Source: Prasinococcaceae sp. CCMP 1430
Taxonomy: Eukaryota > Plantae > Prasinodermophyta
NCBI GenBank assembly: GCA_013416795.1
Contig: RQSC01000029.1
Location: 450,250 to 514,249, forward strand
Length of the DNA: 64,000 nucleotides
Reading direction: 5' to 3'
The first letter of the stretch is position 1; every line of letters begins with the position of its first letter. The translations under genes and the position numbers were made by a program. This document shows positions 42,384 to 53,022 of the stretch, piece after piece. The notes under the pieces are model-generated. The model was not told the DNA's origin. It ran no database searches and saw only the letters and a list, made by a program, of their open reading frames with translations.

Positions 42384-43793
42384 ATGGCGTCCTCATCCGA
42401 CAGTGACATCATCATTATAACGTCGTCTTCGTCCGAGTCCGAAGAGGAGAACGACGGCACAGCTGCGGCCGACACCGGCACTCAGCACGTGGAAAGCGTG
42501 GCAGCGCCCGCGGAAGCTGCAGGCTGCGCGAAGGCGGGCAAGCCCGAAAAGTCCGCAGCCGCAGCAGCCGCAATGGCGTGGGACATCGCCCCGCCCAACA
42601 GAAGCGCCAGGTCGGAGGACGAGGCCGAGCGCGTGGGCGAGGATGAGGTCGCTGTCGAGGCCGAGGGCGACGCCGAGGGCGACGCCGACCGCGACGCCGA
42701 GGGCGACGCCGACGGCGACGCCGAGGGCGACGCCGATGGCGACGCCGAGAGGGGAGATGCGGAACGGGGCGGTGACGCTTGCAACCCGGCGGTAGCGCCC
42801 CTGTCTGATGCTGCTCTCACCGACGCGGCCGGGCCGAGTGGCACCGGCGCAGAACGAGGCCGAGCTGGCCTCGGTGGTGCTGATGGCGGCAGGAGCCCTC
42901 AGGGTGGCGCAAGCGGGTCGGACTCGCCGAGTGCGCCTGAGGACCACGCGGGGACGGTCACAATCGAACCAAACGGCGTCTTGCGCTTCGACCCCGCCCA
43001 GGGCGACCCATGGCTTGTGCGCCCCAGGACTTTCGTGCGCGTCAGGGCGGACGACGAAAGCCCCATTATGTGGCTCGCGCAGGTACGGAAGGTGTTCAAC
43101 AACGAGGATGACGAGGTCATCGTGGCAATTCATTGGCTTTACTCACCTCTTGACGCAATGGAGGAAGTGAAGCCCGCCTTCCACGACCTCCTGCGTCGTA
43201 TGCAGCCGGGCCAAGACTACTTGTATTCCTTCCATCAGGACGAGATCCAGGCTGGGGCGATCGAGGGGCCCGTCGACGTGCTTTTCCGGTGCGCGGGAGA
43301 GTTCGTGCCCCCGGCCTGGAACGGGCCCGTCGTGAAGCACGTGCTGGATTCGGAAGACAAGGAGGTTGCGAGCCTTGGCAACAAAGACTTCATCCAGAGC
43401 CTGCTCGACCACCGGCAGAAAAACATTAGCTCGCTGCTACGCATGGGAGAAAAGCTCACGCAGCAGCTACGCGATGGCAAGTACGTGCCTAACGCCGCGG
43501 CGCAGCTCGAAACGGCCGCTGATTTGGCGCGGAAACGCGCAGAGAGCGGCAGAGGCGCGCACGCAACGGGCGGCGACATCTCGGGCAAGAGCAAGGCGCT
43601 CGCAAGCACTACAGGGGAGGGCACAAGGAAAGTGGCGAATGTGATTGCAGCGCCGGTGAAGAGGCGGAGGCTGACTGCGCAGCAAGCACCAGAGGAGAAG
43701 ACGCAACGCCTGCGCGAAAAGCTCGCTCTAGACGAGCCGCCGCCTGTGAGGGCAGTTCCGGCCGCGAGGAGACAGCTGCCAATTTTGACGTAA
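42384..43793 (+). CDS. BAH-domain protein with acidic low-complexity N-terminus; 3' end may continue through a donor site GTAAGT at about 43791
   Basis: FVRVRADDESPIMWLAQVRKVF...VAIHWLY...YLYSFHQDEI..GAIEGPVDV resembles a BAH domain. Confidence 0.6.
   Translation: MASSSDSDIIIITSSSSESEEENDGTAAADTGTQHVESVAAPAEAAGCAKAGKPEKSAAAAAAMAWDIAPPNRSARSEDEAERVGEDEVAVEAEGDAEGDADRDAEGDADGDAEGDADGDAERGDAERGGDACNPAVAPLSDAALTDAAGPSGTGAERGRAGLGGADGGRSPQGGASGSDSPSAPEDHAGTVTIEPNGVLRFDPAQGDPWLVRPRTFVRVRADDESPIMWLAQVRKVFNNEDDEVIVAIHWLYSPLDAMEEVKPAFHDLLRRMQPGQDYLYSFHQDEIQAGAIEGPVDVLFRCAGEFVPPAWNGPVVKHVLDSEDKEVASLGNKDFIQSLLDHRQKNISSLLRMGEKLTQQLRDGKYVPNAAAQLETAADLARKRAESGRGAHATGGDISGKSKALASTTGEGTRKVANVIAAPVKRRRLTAQQAPEEKTQRLREKLALDEPPPVRAVPAARRQLPILT
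42657..42752 (+). repeat. 12-bp coding tandem repeat (about 8 units, DAEG/DADG)
   Basis: GACGCCGAGGGC units and close variants. Confidence 0.85.
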
Positions 43794-43979
43794 GTTCCAA
43801 GCACAAACAGCCCCAGCGCCCAGGCGCCACCCACATGGCAGCGCTGCGGGTGGCGGCCGACCACCGCTGCGGCGCCTCCCCAACCCCTGCGCAGGGCGTG
43901 TAACTGGGATGCCGGCATCCGCTGGCGCGGCACCCTCGACCCGAGCGACCACCTCCAGGCGCCTGGGGGGCGCATGACT

Positions 43980-45099
43980 CTACGAGATGACCCGTTCGTT
44001 GCTGTCGTTACCAGCGACGAAGAACGATGTCGGGCCGCCGTACAGGAGGCGCACGTAAGGCAGGAGCTCCGGCAGGTCACGTTTGACCGCGTCGAAAGTC
44101 TTGGTGCGGTGCGGGCGGAGTCTGGAACGCGTTAGCCGCGTCCGCAGTGTGAAGCACACGCGTGGACTCCGCAGCCGAGATAGCGTCGGCGTCCCCGAGG
44201 TCCCCGTGGGATCCACTCGCTTGTCCCGCTTGGTGAAGAGGTGAGCGATGTCGCCCACGGTGGACTTGTGCGCACGGCCCAGGGTGTCGAACGCCAGCGG
44301 GTGGAACTGGATCGTGTGGTGCGCGCAGATGTGCGCGTAGCGCTGGACGTGGGCCTTGTAGATGGGCGACGGCAACCAGTCCTAGGAACGCTAGATCTAC
44401 CACGCTGGTCCGAGCAGCACACCTCAAGCTGGGCCACCCGTGGTGGACCAGTAGTGTAGGGTGCGATTACAGTATGAGAAGACGCAAGCGCAAGGTTGCG
44501 TAGCGCGCGTGTGTAAGATCTAGGTGCATGTGTGAGAGCGAGCTATCCTGTGCGCACAGCCCAGGGTGTCAAACGCCAGCGGGTGGAACTGGATGGTGTG
44601 GTGCGCGCAGATGTGTGCGTAGCGCTGGACGTGGGCCTTGTAGAGGCGCTCCAGGCCCGCCGACGTGGACGGGTTCGCGCCTGCCATGTTGACCGTGGCT
44701 GACGGGTCCGTGAAGGTGACGTCCAGGCAGTGTCTGTGTCCTGTCTTGGTGTCGGTGATGACTAGGTCCGAGCGCAGGTCAGTGGGCTGGCCATGTTCGT
44801 CAGTAGTGTAGGGTGCGATAACAATACGAGAAGACGCAAGCGTCAGTACCGAACGAGTACTCGAACGAGTTGTGGGAGCTGGAGCCTTGGGTGTGCACGT
44901 GATAGCCAGTGCGGCGAGCGACCTTCGCCACGTTGCGCACGAAGCGGTTGTGGCGGTAGGTGCGCTCTCCAGCTGTTGACGTGCAAGACAGTCAGCAACG
45001 CTTCGAGGAGCAGCGCTGCAAGGACGTGGCATCGGCTCATCGTTGCTTACACATCCTTGCGCTTGCGTCTTCTCGTCCTGTAATCGCACCCTTCACTAC
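43980..45099 (-). mobile_element. Degenerate, rearranged RLE-type non-LTR retrotransposon relic
   Basis: Fragments SCTSTAGERTYRHNRFVRNVAKVARRTG (post-zinc-knuckle RHN), RSDLVITD..LDVT..F.PLAFDTLG (RLE) and DLPELLPYVRLLYG (RT-like), with frameshifts and internal duplications. Confidence 0.75.
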
Positions 45100-45250
45100 A
45101 CATCGCTCCGCGGGGCCTTCGCGCTTGTCCAAGGGCCCACCGGGCGTGCCGCAAAAGTCGTCGCGCTCGCCAAGACCCAGCAGCGCAAGCTGCGCATGCA
45201 CCTCCACCCCGATATGCGCTGATGTGCGTCAAAAGGTTGCAGAAACAAAA

Positions 45251-48200
45251 TTACAGCTTTGTGCCCGCGCGCACGACAGCAGCCGCTCTAGCGGCGAGTT
45301 CCACAGACGAAGCCATCGGAGGGAGCGGGAGCAGTGCCTGCGCGGCGGCAGTGGCGATCGAGCTCGCAACGATGTCGTTCCGAGCTTCTGCAAGTGCCAC
45401 CACCTGCTTCCGCAGCCTAACCATCTCTGTTGCCATGCTGAACGCCTTCGCAAGGTCCCTGTTAGGCGCGTGCGTCTCCATGCCCTTCTTCGTCGGCATA
45501 TGGTCGGGCAAACGCGACAGGAAAGTCCTCCCGCGAACAGTGCCGACGGCAGCGGCGCTGTTGATGGCGTGCACGAGGTCACCATGTTCCAAATCGACCT
45601 CATCGACAGCTGATGTCCAAGCCAGGTTCGCGCTGTCACGCCACGCGTTGAACGCAGCGCACATCAGCCGGGATCGAAAATGGGCGCGAGCTGCGCCATC
45701 TTTGGCCGCGCACGCTCGTTCTGTCTGAGCCATTGCATGGACGCGCTTGAACCCTTCAATCCCTGCGCTCATCCGGCCGAAGTCAGCCTCGGCGCTCGAG
45801 CATGTGGCTGCACAACGCGCCTCCCAAAGTGCCTCTGCCCGCCCGAATACTCGCCGGAGTAATCGGCGCTTAGCCGCGCGATCTCGAAGCCAGGACAGCG
45901 AGCGCCGTAGCAGCTGTTGCCGGGCGACGTGCTCGCCCTGCTGTCGAAGGAGATCGAGCAGGGCATCGTTCGCAGTCACGTTGCGCCATGCGAGCAGCAG
46001 CTTCTGTGCCCGTCCTCTACGTGCCATGCGAACGTAACGCTCGTGAGCAACGCTCCTCGCGACCACCCCGCGATAGGTTGCCAGTGCGCTCCGAAGAGTT
46101 TTGCGCCTGTCATGAGCGACCGCCGCGTCGATAGCTGTGCGCATGCGCATCGACGCAGTCGTTGCTGATCTCCACATGTCCATTGCCTGTGCGAGCGCCT
46201 TCGCAGTGAAGTGCTTCGTCGCAGTCCACTCCGCCGCGCGACCGGTCCGAGCTTCACGCGCGGCGCGATGCCAGCGTGCCATGTAGGTCCGGGCCATGAT
46301 CACATCGCTGGCAATGGCTGCGTCACGCAGCGAGGAACGCTCCACAGCGGCGCCGGCCCATGATCGTAGCACCGTTCGCAGTCGATGTAACCGCGCGCGT
46401 CCCAAGTTTGCAGCCGCCCGGGCCCGATCACTGCAGTACGTGCAGATTCAACGCAAGCAAGCCGCATGAGAGCGCTCTCACACGGGCATGCTCAACGGCG
46501 AGCGTCTCCATCTCCCTTTGGCGTGCTTGCTCGACGACGTTGCGATGGAATGCGAGGAGCCCAGCTGACTTAGTCCGGTACTCTGCGTGCTTCTTGGCCA
46601 GCGCGCGGAGGCGTGATTGTTGCGCACGCGCGACAGCGTTGAGGGCGAAGCAGTGCAACGCCAGCCCCATCGCCCTGCGAGCGGCGTGTTTGTGGGCCTT
46701 GACATGCAGCTCCCTCTTCCGCGCCTGTGCAGCCATGTTGTTCCAGAGACCCGTGAGCGCAGCGTCAATAGTCCTGCCCCTCGCGTACCCCTCCGCCGCG
46801 CTAATAGCGTCTCTCTTAGCCCTGCGCTCCTCTACGTTGCATCCAAATGCGAAGAGGCCTGCACGCAGCGCCCTCGATGCCGCGTGTGCTCTCGCGCGCT
46901 CTGTCGCGGCACATTCTGTCTCGATTGCGAGGTCGCCTCCAGCGAGGACAGCGCCAGCCTCGTCAGTGTGCTCGCCCGATGACGCCTCCGTCGGGCTACT
47001 GAGCAACACCTCCGCGAGATCACATGTGCCCGATTCGTCCTTCTCCTGCTGATCGCTGCCACTTTCAAGTGTGGCAAGTTCTGACGACGCCTCTTTTGCC
47101 CTCTTCGCCTTCGCGCGCATTGCCTCCCTCAGCGACTGCAGGACGCCCCTCCTCTCCACGTCGTGTTGTGGCGAGGGCATGGGCGAAATACCGACGATGA
47201 TCCGTGTCTCAATCCTGAAACGCCTGCGCCTGCGCGCTTGGTCGAGCGTGCGTTGCGCGGCCCGCGCGTGCGACATGGATTTGGCGTACGCACGGAGGCT
47301 CGCCTGGATCTGCACGGGCACGGGCGCATCGATGCGACTCGCCCCACCTGTGGGCAAAGCACGCTCTGATACGCTTCTCCAACCACGAAGAGTCACCCAT
47401 GCGAGCCGCACACGACGCCAAGCAGTGCTGCCCACAAGAAATGTGCGCACCACGAGCTTCCACAGCCAAAGCGACTCCCAGTGCGCAAAGGCGGCTGCAT
47501 AGACCGCCCGGGAGTGGTGCATGCGTGCAACCTCAAGCCTCTGCCTGACTGCTCGCGCCAAGCGGAGCCCCACGGCCCAGGACGACATGGCGCGACCAAG
47601 GATTTGCTTTTCGACGAATTTTTGCATGCGTCTCCTGCCCGCCAAGCGAGCCTCGCACGCGCCTCGCCACGCATGCAGGGTTGTGCATGCCGAATCCCTC
47701 GCCGCGCGACCGCGAGCCCTCGAAACAAGCGCGTTCAGCTGTGCCCGCCTGTCTGCGTGACAGCGCAGCGCGAGCATGCCCAGCTTCATCATGTGGCGCT
47801 GGTACAGCTCGCTGAGCAAGGTTGCCCTGAAAACCGATCCGCTGCAGCTGGTCGGCGCGTCGTGTGAGGAGGTGCCCACCGTACGGGAGCACGATGCGCG
47901 CGCCTGCCCACCGCATCCAACGCCGCCGCAGCTCTTGCCGCTGCTGAAGCCACCGCCGCCCTGCCGCCGCGCCTTCCCCATCGCCATACGCGCGCTTGCA
48001 TCCGCCTCCTCTTCAGCTATCTGTCGCCGAATCTCGCGAGCGCGCGTTGCGTGCTGTCGCTGAGCATCTGCATGTATGTGGAGGCGTTCCGCCAGCAGAG
48101 TGCGCACCGCTCTCAGCCGTCGGACAGCGTCAGACAGGGGAGGAGGGGAACTTGGGGGTGCAGGTGGCCCGAGGATTGCCTCCGCCGCTTGGACTTCGGC

Positions 48201-49943
48201 GATGGCCACAGTGGACGACCTCAGCCATTCGCCATTCGCACGCGCGAGCTCATTCACCAAAGTGTTGCGCGGTGCTGCCGAGTGCCCGTCGGCGGCAGCG
48301 ATGCCTTCAGATGGAATCAGGTCCCCCTTCAGCTGAAAGCCTGCAGATTGCCGGTGCTGCGGGGCTCGAGTCGACAGTGACCCACCCTCTGCCCTGGCGG
48401 CCCTCACGCCCGCGTGGTATCCCTCCTCGGCCCTCCTGCGAGCGGCTCTCAGCATTGCCAGCGGCGGGCGCCGAAGGACGAGTGCCATCTTTGTCTGCGT
48501 ACTTCCATCGCGCGAGGCACGATGCAGTCGACCAGGCCCACCCGATGAACCGACTACCGCCGAGGTCCTCGCAGGATCGTCCTCAATTACCTCTCGGGGT
48601 GTGTTGCGCTCGACTGTGAGCGGGTCTGTACTTTGAGCCTCGCACACTGCTATCGTCGGCAGCTCTGCGCGCGGACTCTCGGCCGCATCGAGGAAGCTAT
48701 CTGAGTGAGGCGCAGCGGCGGAAGGCATAGGTGCGAGATGCTCCACCACGGGTATGGATGGGGACAGCGGCAGGCGGGGCGGGGCTCCATCTGCAGGGCC
48801 ATACGCGCCGGCGTGAGCATGCCCGACGAACTGGACGGCGCGCAGCTTCAATGCGTCGTCCAGGACAGCATGCAGCCGCAGTGTCTCATCCTGCACGACG
48901 TGCCGGTACGGTGCAGCGTCTGCCAGCCGTGAGGGCTTCCCCTTCTCATCGCGCCCCGAAACCTCAACGCCTTCGATCAGAGTCGAGCTCCCCAGCAGTG
49001 CTTCCCGCGGCTCCTCCTCAAAGAGCTCATCCTCGTATCGCGCGATCTGCGCGCCAGCACTGGCTGGGTGCAGCTTGGCACAGTGCGGGGCCGAGGGTGG
49101 TGAGGCTCGCACTTCACCAGGCACGAGCGCCCCAGCGGCGAGCGGACCAGCGCCTTGGAGGTCACACGCGTGCCCTCCCGTGGCCCTACCAGCCGTCTGT
49201 GGGGCCGACTCATTTCCACCTACAGCGAATTGCGGCCTCGCGGCCGGGCCAGTACGCGCGGCTGGCTCCCCCGTGCACACGTTCGCCCCATTCGGCGGCC
49301 CCGACTGCTCCGCACTTTCAGCACCGATGCTCTCAGCTGAGGCTGCGCCGTCCTCGCCGCCGCCGTCTGACTGGATATCGCCCACGCCGATGATTCTCCC
49401 CGGCTCGCTGGCTCCGTTGTCCTCCTCGCTCGCGGGCTCGACCCCTTTCTCGCCCTCGTCCTCGTCCTCGTCAGGCTCAAGCATAGGTCCGCACTTATCT
49501 ATGCCCGCCTGCACGAGCTGTGCGGCTGCACGCACTGCCGCATCGGCGCGCCCGCGGAAGGGGAGGTCGGCGCCACGGCCTTCACGCGGCGCGCCTGCGC
49601 CCACGCTGGTACACACGCCGCCCCTGTCTCCCGCTCGCAGTCGGAGCTCTCCCTTCATATCCCCGAGGTGCGCCGCACGAAGTTGCGCCTCATGCTCAAT
49701 TTTGCCGCGCAAGTGCTCGAGCTCGAAGGCGGCGCCCCCGAGCGGATGCGCTCCGAGTTCGTGCGGGTCCACGACAGCCAGGGCCGCCGCTGCCGCGCGG
49801 GCGGCGCCGGTCTCCGAGCGCGCGCGCGCGTGCGCATGCGCTTGCTTGAGTATGGGGCGCTGCATGGAGCGCGGGGAGAGACGACCCGCCTCGCGCGACG
49901 CTTCGAGCTGCGCCGCGAAGCGCACCGACTTGGCGACGTCCAT
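45251..49943 (-). CDS. Sfi1-like centrin-binding repeat protein; 1-nt frameshift at about 46430
   Basis: Repeated A..H...LL...F..W-type units (RAHFRSRLMCAAFNAW, RMHHSRAVYAAAFAHW, QILGRAMSSW) spread over two overlapping frames. Confidence 0.6.
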
Positions 49944-50364
49944 TGAGCGTGCGCACGCCAACGCCGCGGCCCCGCCAGCGTCGGCAGGCGCCCTGGCGGG
50001 CGCCGGAGCCGGAGCCCGCGCGTGCGAAGCCCCCTCCCTCCTACGGGAGGAGGTGCGCAAACGGGCGCGCGCGCCGCGCCGTCCCCACCCCCACCGCGCC
50101 TTCCCGCCGCACGCGCGCGCGAATTCGGCGGTCGCGCGGAGCGAAGGGAACTAACTGAACGCGCGCACGGGGAGACCCGCGGCGGACCGCGCAGCGATAC
50201 CAGGTGCGATCCGTTTCAAATTCGACCACGCGAGCAGCATCGCGTGCGAAACGGCGCGGCGCAAACCCGGCCGTCGCGCCATCAAATCGCACTGCGACCT
50301 CCGAACATCCGGTCCGAGCGGGCGCGCCGCGGCGCCCGCGGCCGACGCGGCGCGGGGGGGCGCG

Positions 50365-51380
50365 GTGGCGTGCTGCGCACGACGCGGGGCGTCGAACACG
50401 AGCTCGCACGCGTGCGCGCACGGCCGGCGGCCGGTGGCACGCCCACCCCGCGTGTCGTGTGCGTGCCCGGCAATCCCGGCTGCGCCGAGTGGTACGACAC
50501 ATTTATCGTTGAGCTGCACTCGCTGCTCGGCGGGCGCGCCGAGGTGACGACCCTCGGGTACGCTGGCCACGGCGTGCGCGAGCGTGACGGTGGCGCAGTG
50601 TACTCGTTCTCGGAGCAGAGCGCGCACCTGGAGGCCGCGCTGCGCCACTTGGCGGATGGCGAGGGCGGTACAGGGGGGGACGGGCAGGCGAGCACCGCGG
50701 GTGCCGATGCCCCGCTCATCCTCATCGGCCATTCCATCGGCGGCTATTTCTGCCTCGAGGCTGCCCGGGAGGCGCAGCTGGGCTCCCGCGTCGACGCCGT
50801 GGTCGGGCTGACACCGTTCCTGGAGATGTACGACCACGCGTCTCCACAACAGCGCCGGATGCGCCTTGCCGCGGGTACACCGGCGCTGCGCGCGCTCGCG
50901 TCGAGCCTGGTGGAGCTCGTGCGGCTGATGCCCCGCTTTCTCCAGCGCATCGCCATCGGAGCGATCGCTGGCCTGAGCGGGCGCGCAGCCGACATCGCGC
51001 TCGACTCGCTCGTCCGCCGCGGCCACTTCGCGGCTGGTTTCAGGAACTACGTGTACATGGGCACGGGAGAGATGGAGGGGTTCGCTGCGCGCGGCGAGTA
51101 CGATCACAATCACCTGCGGGACGTGGCGCGCCGTACGGCGCTGCTGTACACCGACGACGACTTCTGGGCGCCGCACGCGCATCGCGATGCATTTGCAGCC
51201 GCGGCCGGCGAGCTCACGGTCATCGACGCCGAGGGCTTCACCGACCACGCATTTCCCGTTTGCGACGCGCAGAGCGCTGGCGCGGCGCGCGACGCTGCGG
51301 CTGCGCTCGCGCAGCTCGTGCCCGAGCTCGCACAGCCCCCCGCCGTGGGCGGCCAGGCCCTCGTTGAGCTGTCGGCCTGA
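50365..51380 (+). CDS. LDAH: Lipid droplet-associated hydrolase (LDAH/DUF2305) alpha/beta hydrolase; start not resolved
   Basis: Motifs VCVPGNPG..WYDTF, LIGHSIGGY, DDFWAP and HAF. Confidence 0.75.
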
Positions 51381-51456
51381 TCATGACTCCACCCTCACAG
51401 TAATATATATATTTTGCTTTCGCTTTCGAAGTTTCGAACTGTGTTGACTGTGCCTT

Positions 51457-52917
51457 TTGGACATCGCCTCCCGAAACCCTCAGCACAGAGCACGGCGCCC
51501 GTGTGTCGCGCGTGCGTCATACGCTGCTGCTTCCGCGGCGGCGGTCGCGGCGGCCATGCTATTGGGCGCGCGTGGCGGCGTCACGTTCGCGCCTCGCTCG
51601 CTGCCGCTCGTGCACGCGCGCGCGGGGCAGCCGGTAACCGCGCGGGGCGCCCGCTCACCCGCCCGCGCGGCCGATGCCGACGCCGGCGCCGTCTCCCTTG
51701 CCGACTCAGGGCAGGAGGGCCACCACAGGCAGCGCACGCCCGAGGAACGTCGGGCACACCGGCGGCGGCACAAGCAGCGCCGCGCGGCGGCGCGGCGCGC
51801 GGCGCAAGCCGACGCACTACGAGCTGCGCGCGCTGCATGCCCACTGCGGTGGAGTGAGGACGCTGCGCTCGGCGACGAGCTGCCAGTCGACGCGCTCTGG
51901 GCGAGCGTTGAGTCGCGATGGACGGCCCCAGAGTCCACGCATCAGCCGGGGCCGCACCAGCCTGAGGGCGAGGACGGGGACGAGCAGGAAGGAGGGCAGA
52001 GTGACGTGGAGCGCTCTCTGCTTGCATTGGGCGCACTCGAGTGGGGTGCGCTACCCGCCGCAGCCGACCTGTCACGCGGGGGCGGGCTGCGGGACTCGCG
52101 CAAGGGCTCACGAGCGCGGCGCAAGTCTGCGCAGGTCGAGTCCGTGCGTGCCGCTCTGCGCCTGATGGGCTGCCTCGAGCCTGGATGCGTGGTAGTGGAC
52201 TTTGGTTGTGGCAGCGGCAATTTGTGCCTCGCGCTCGGTGCAGCACACCCGCTCGTGACGTTCGTTGGCGTCGATGGCAATGCACGCGCCGCGACCCTGC
52301 TTGCTGAGCGCGCGGCTGACGCGCAATTGAGCAATGTTGTGAGCGTGGCTGGCCGCATCGAACGCTTCTTCGACTCGGCTGCCGGACGGGACTTAGCGCG
52401 CGTGGACGCCTGTGTTGCACTCCACGTGTGCGGTGCAGGCACCGACCACTCCTTGCTCGAGGCAATTAAGAGGCAGGCGGCGTTCGTCGCACTTCCGTGC
52501 TGTGTGGGGAAGGTCACTGCCGCCAGTCCAAACAAACTCGTTGACGTCGAGAGCGGGCGAGCGGCAGCGGGTGCCGGCGGTCGTGGCCTTCGGGACGTGT
52601 CACTTAACTACCCGCGCAGCTCGTGGCTTGCCACTGCGATCGATGCCGAGGCTTACGCATCGCTGTGCGCAGCAGCAGACTTCGCAGGTCATGACGGTCT
52701 CTCGGGGTACGACAGCGAATCCGAAGAGGGCGTGGTGCCACGAGCGGCCGTGCGCGCACTCGGTGCTGACCGCCTCCACCCGGCGAGCGAGGCAGGATAC
52801 GACGTCTGGCTGGCACCAATGCCTGCAGCGAACGCGGATGTGCGTGGCACGCTGCTTCTGGGCGTGCCACAGAGAGAGGAGGCTGCGGCTTCGCGGCTGC
52901 ACGAGTGGCTCAAGTGA
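51457..52917 (+). CDS. SAM-dependent methyltransferase resembling the GSTCD C-terminal domain
   Basis: Motifs RKSAQVE, VVDFGCGSGNL, VALHVCGAGTD, LPCCVG and YPRS. Confidence 0.7.
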   Translation: MDIASRNPQHRARRPCVARASYAAASAAAVAAAMLLGARGGVTFAPRSLPLVHARAGQPVTARGARSPARAADADAGAVSLADSGQEGHHRQRTPEERRAHRRRHKQRRAAARRAAQADALRAARAACPLRWSEDAALGDELPVDALWASVESRWTAPESTHQPGPHQPEGEDGDEQEGGQSDVERSLLALGALEWGALPAAADLSRGGGLRDSRKGSRARRKSAQVESVRAALRLMGCLEPGCVVVDFGCGSGNLCLALGAAHPLVTFVGVDGNARAATLLAERAADAQLSNVVSVAGRIERFFDSAAGRDLARVDACVALHVCGAGTDHSLLEAIKRQAAFVALPCCVGKVTAASPNKLVDVESGRAAAGAGGRGLRDVSLNYPRSSWLATAIDAEAYASLCAAADFAGHDGLSGYDSESEEGVVPRAAVRALGADRLHPASEAGYDVWLAPMPAANADVRGTLLLGVPQREEAAASRLHEWLK

Positions 52918-53022
52918 TCGTCGCGTTCAATGCTGTGTACACAATGTAAATCTGTGAAAGTACTTGCCATAAACCTGGGAGGAACGCCGCACACTATCCA
53001 CACATCGCGTAAGTTCATGCGC

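Noticed and set aside
42657-42752. CRISPR-like regular repeats
   Set aside because: Head-to-tail 12-bp coding repeat with no spacers, in a eukaryotic gene.
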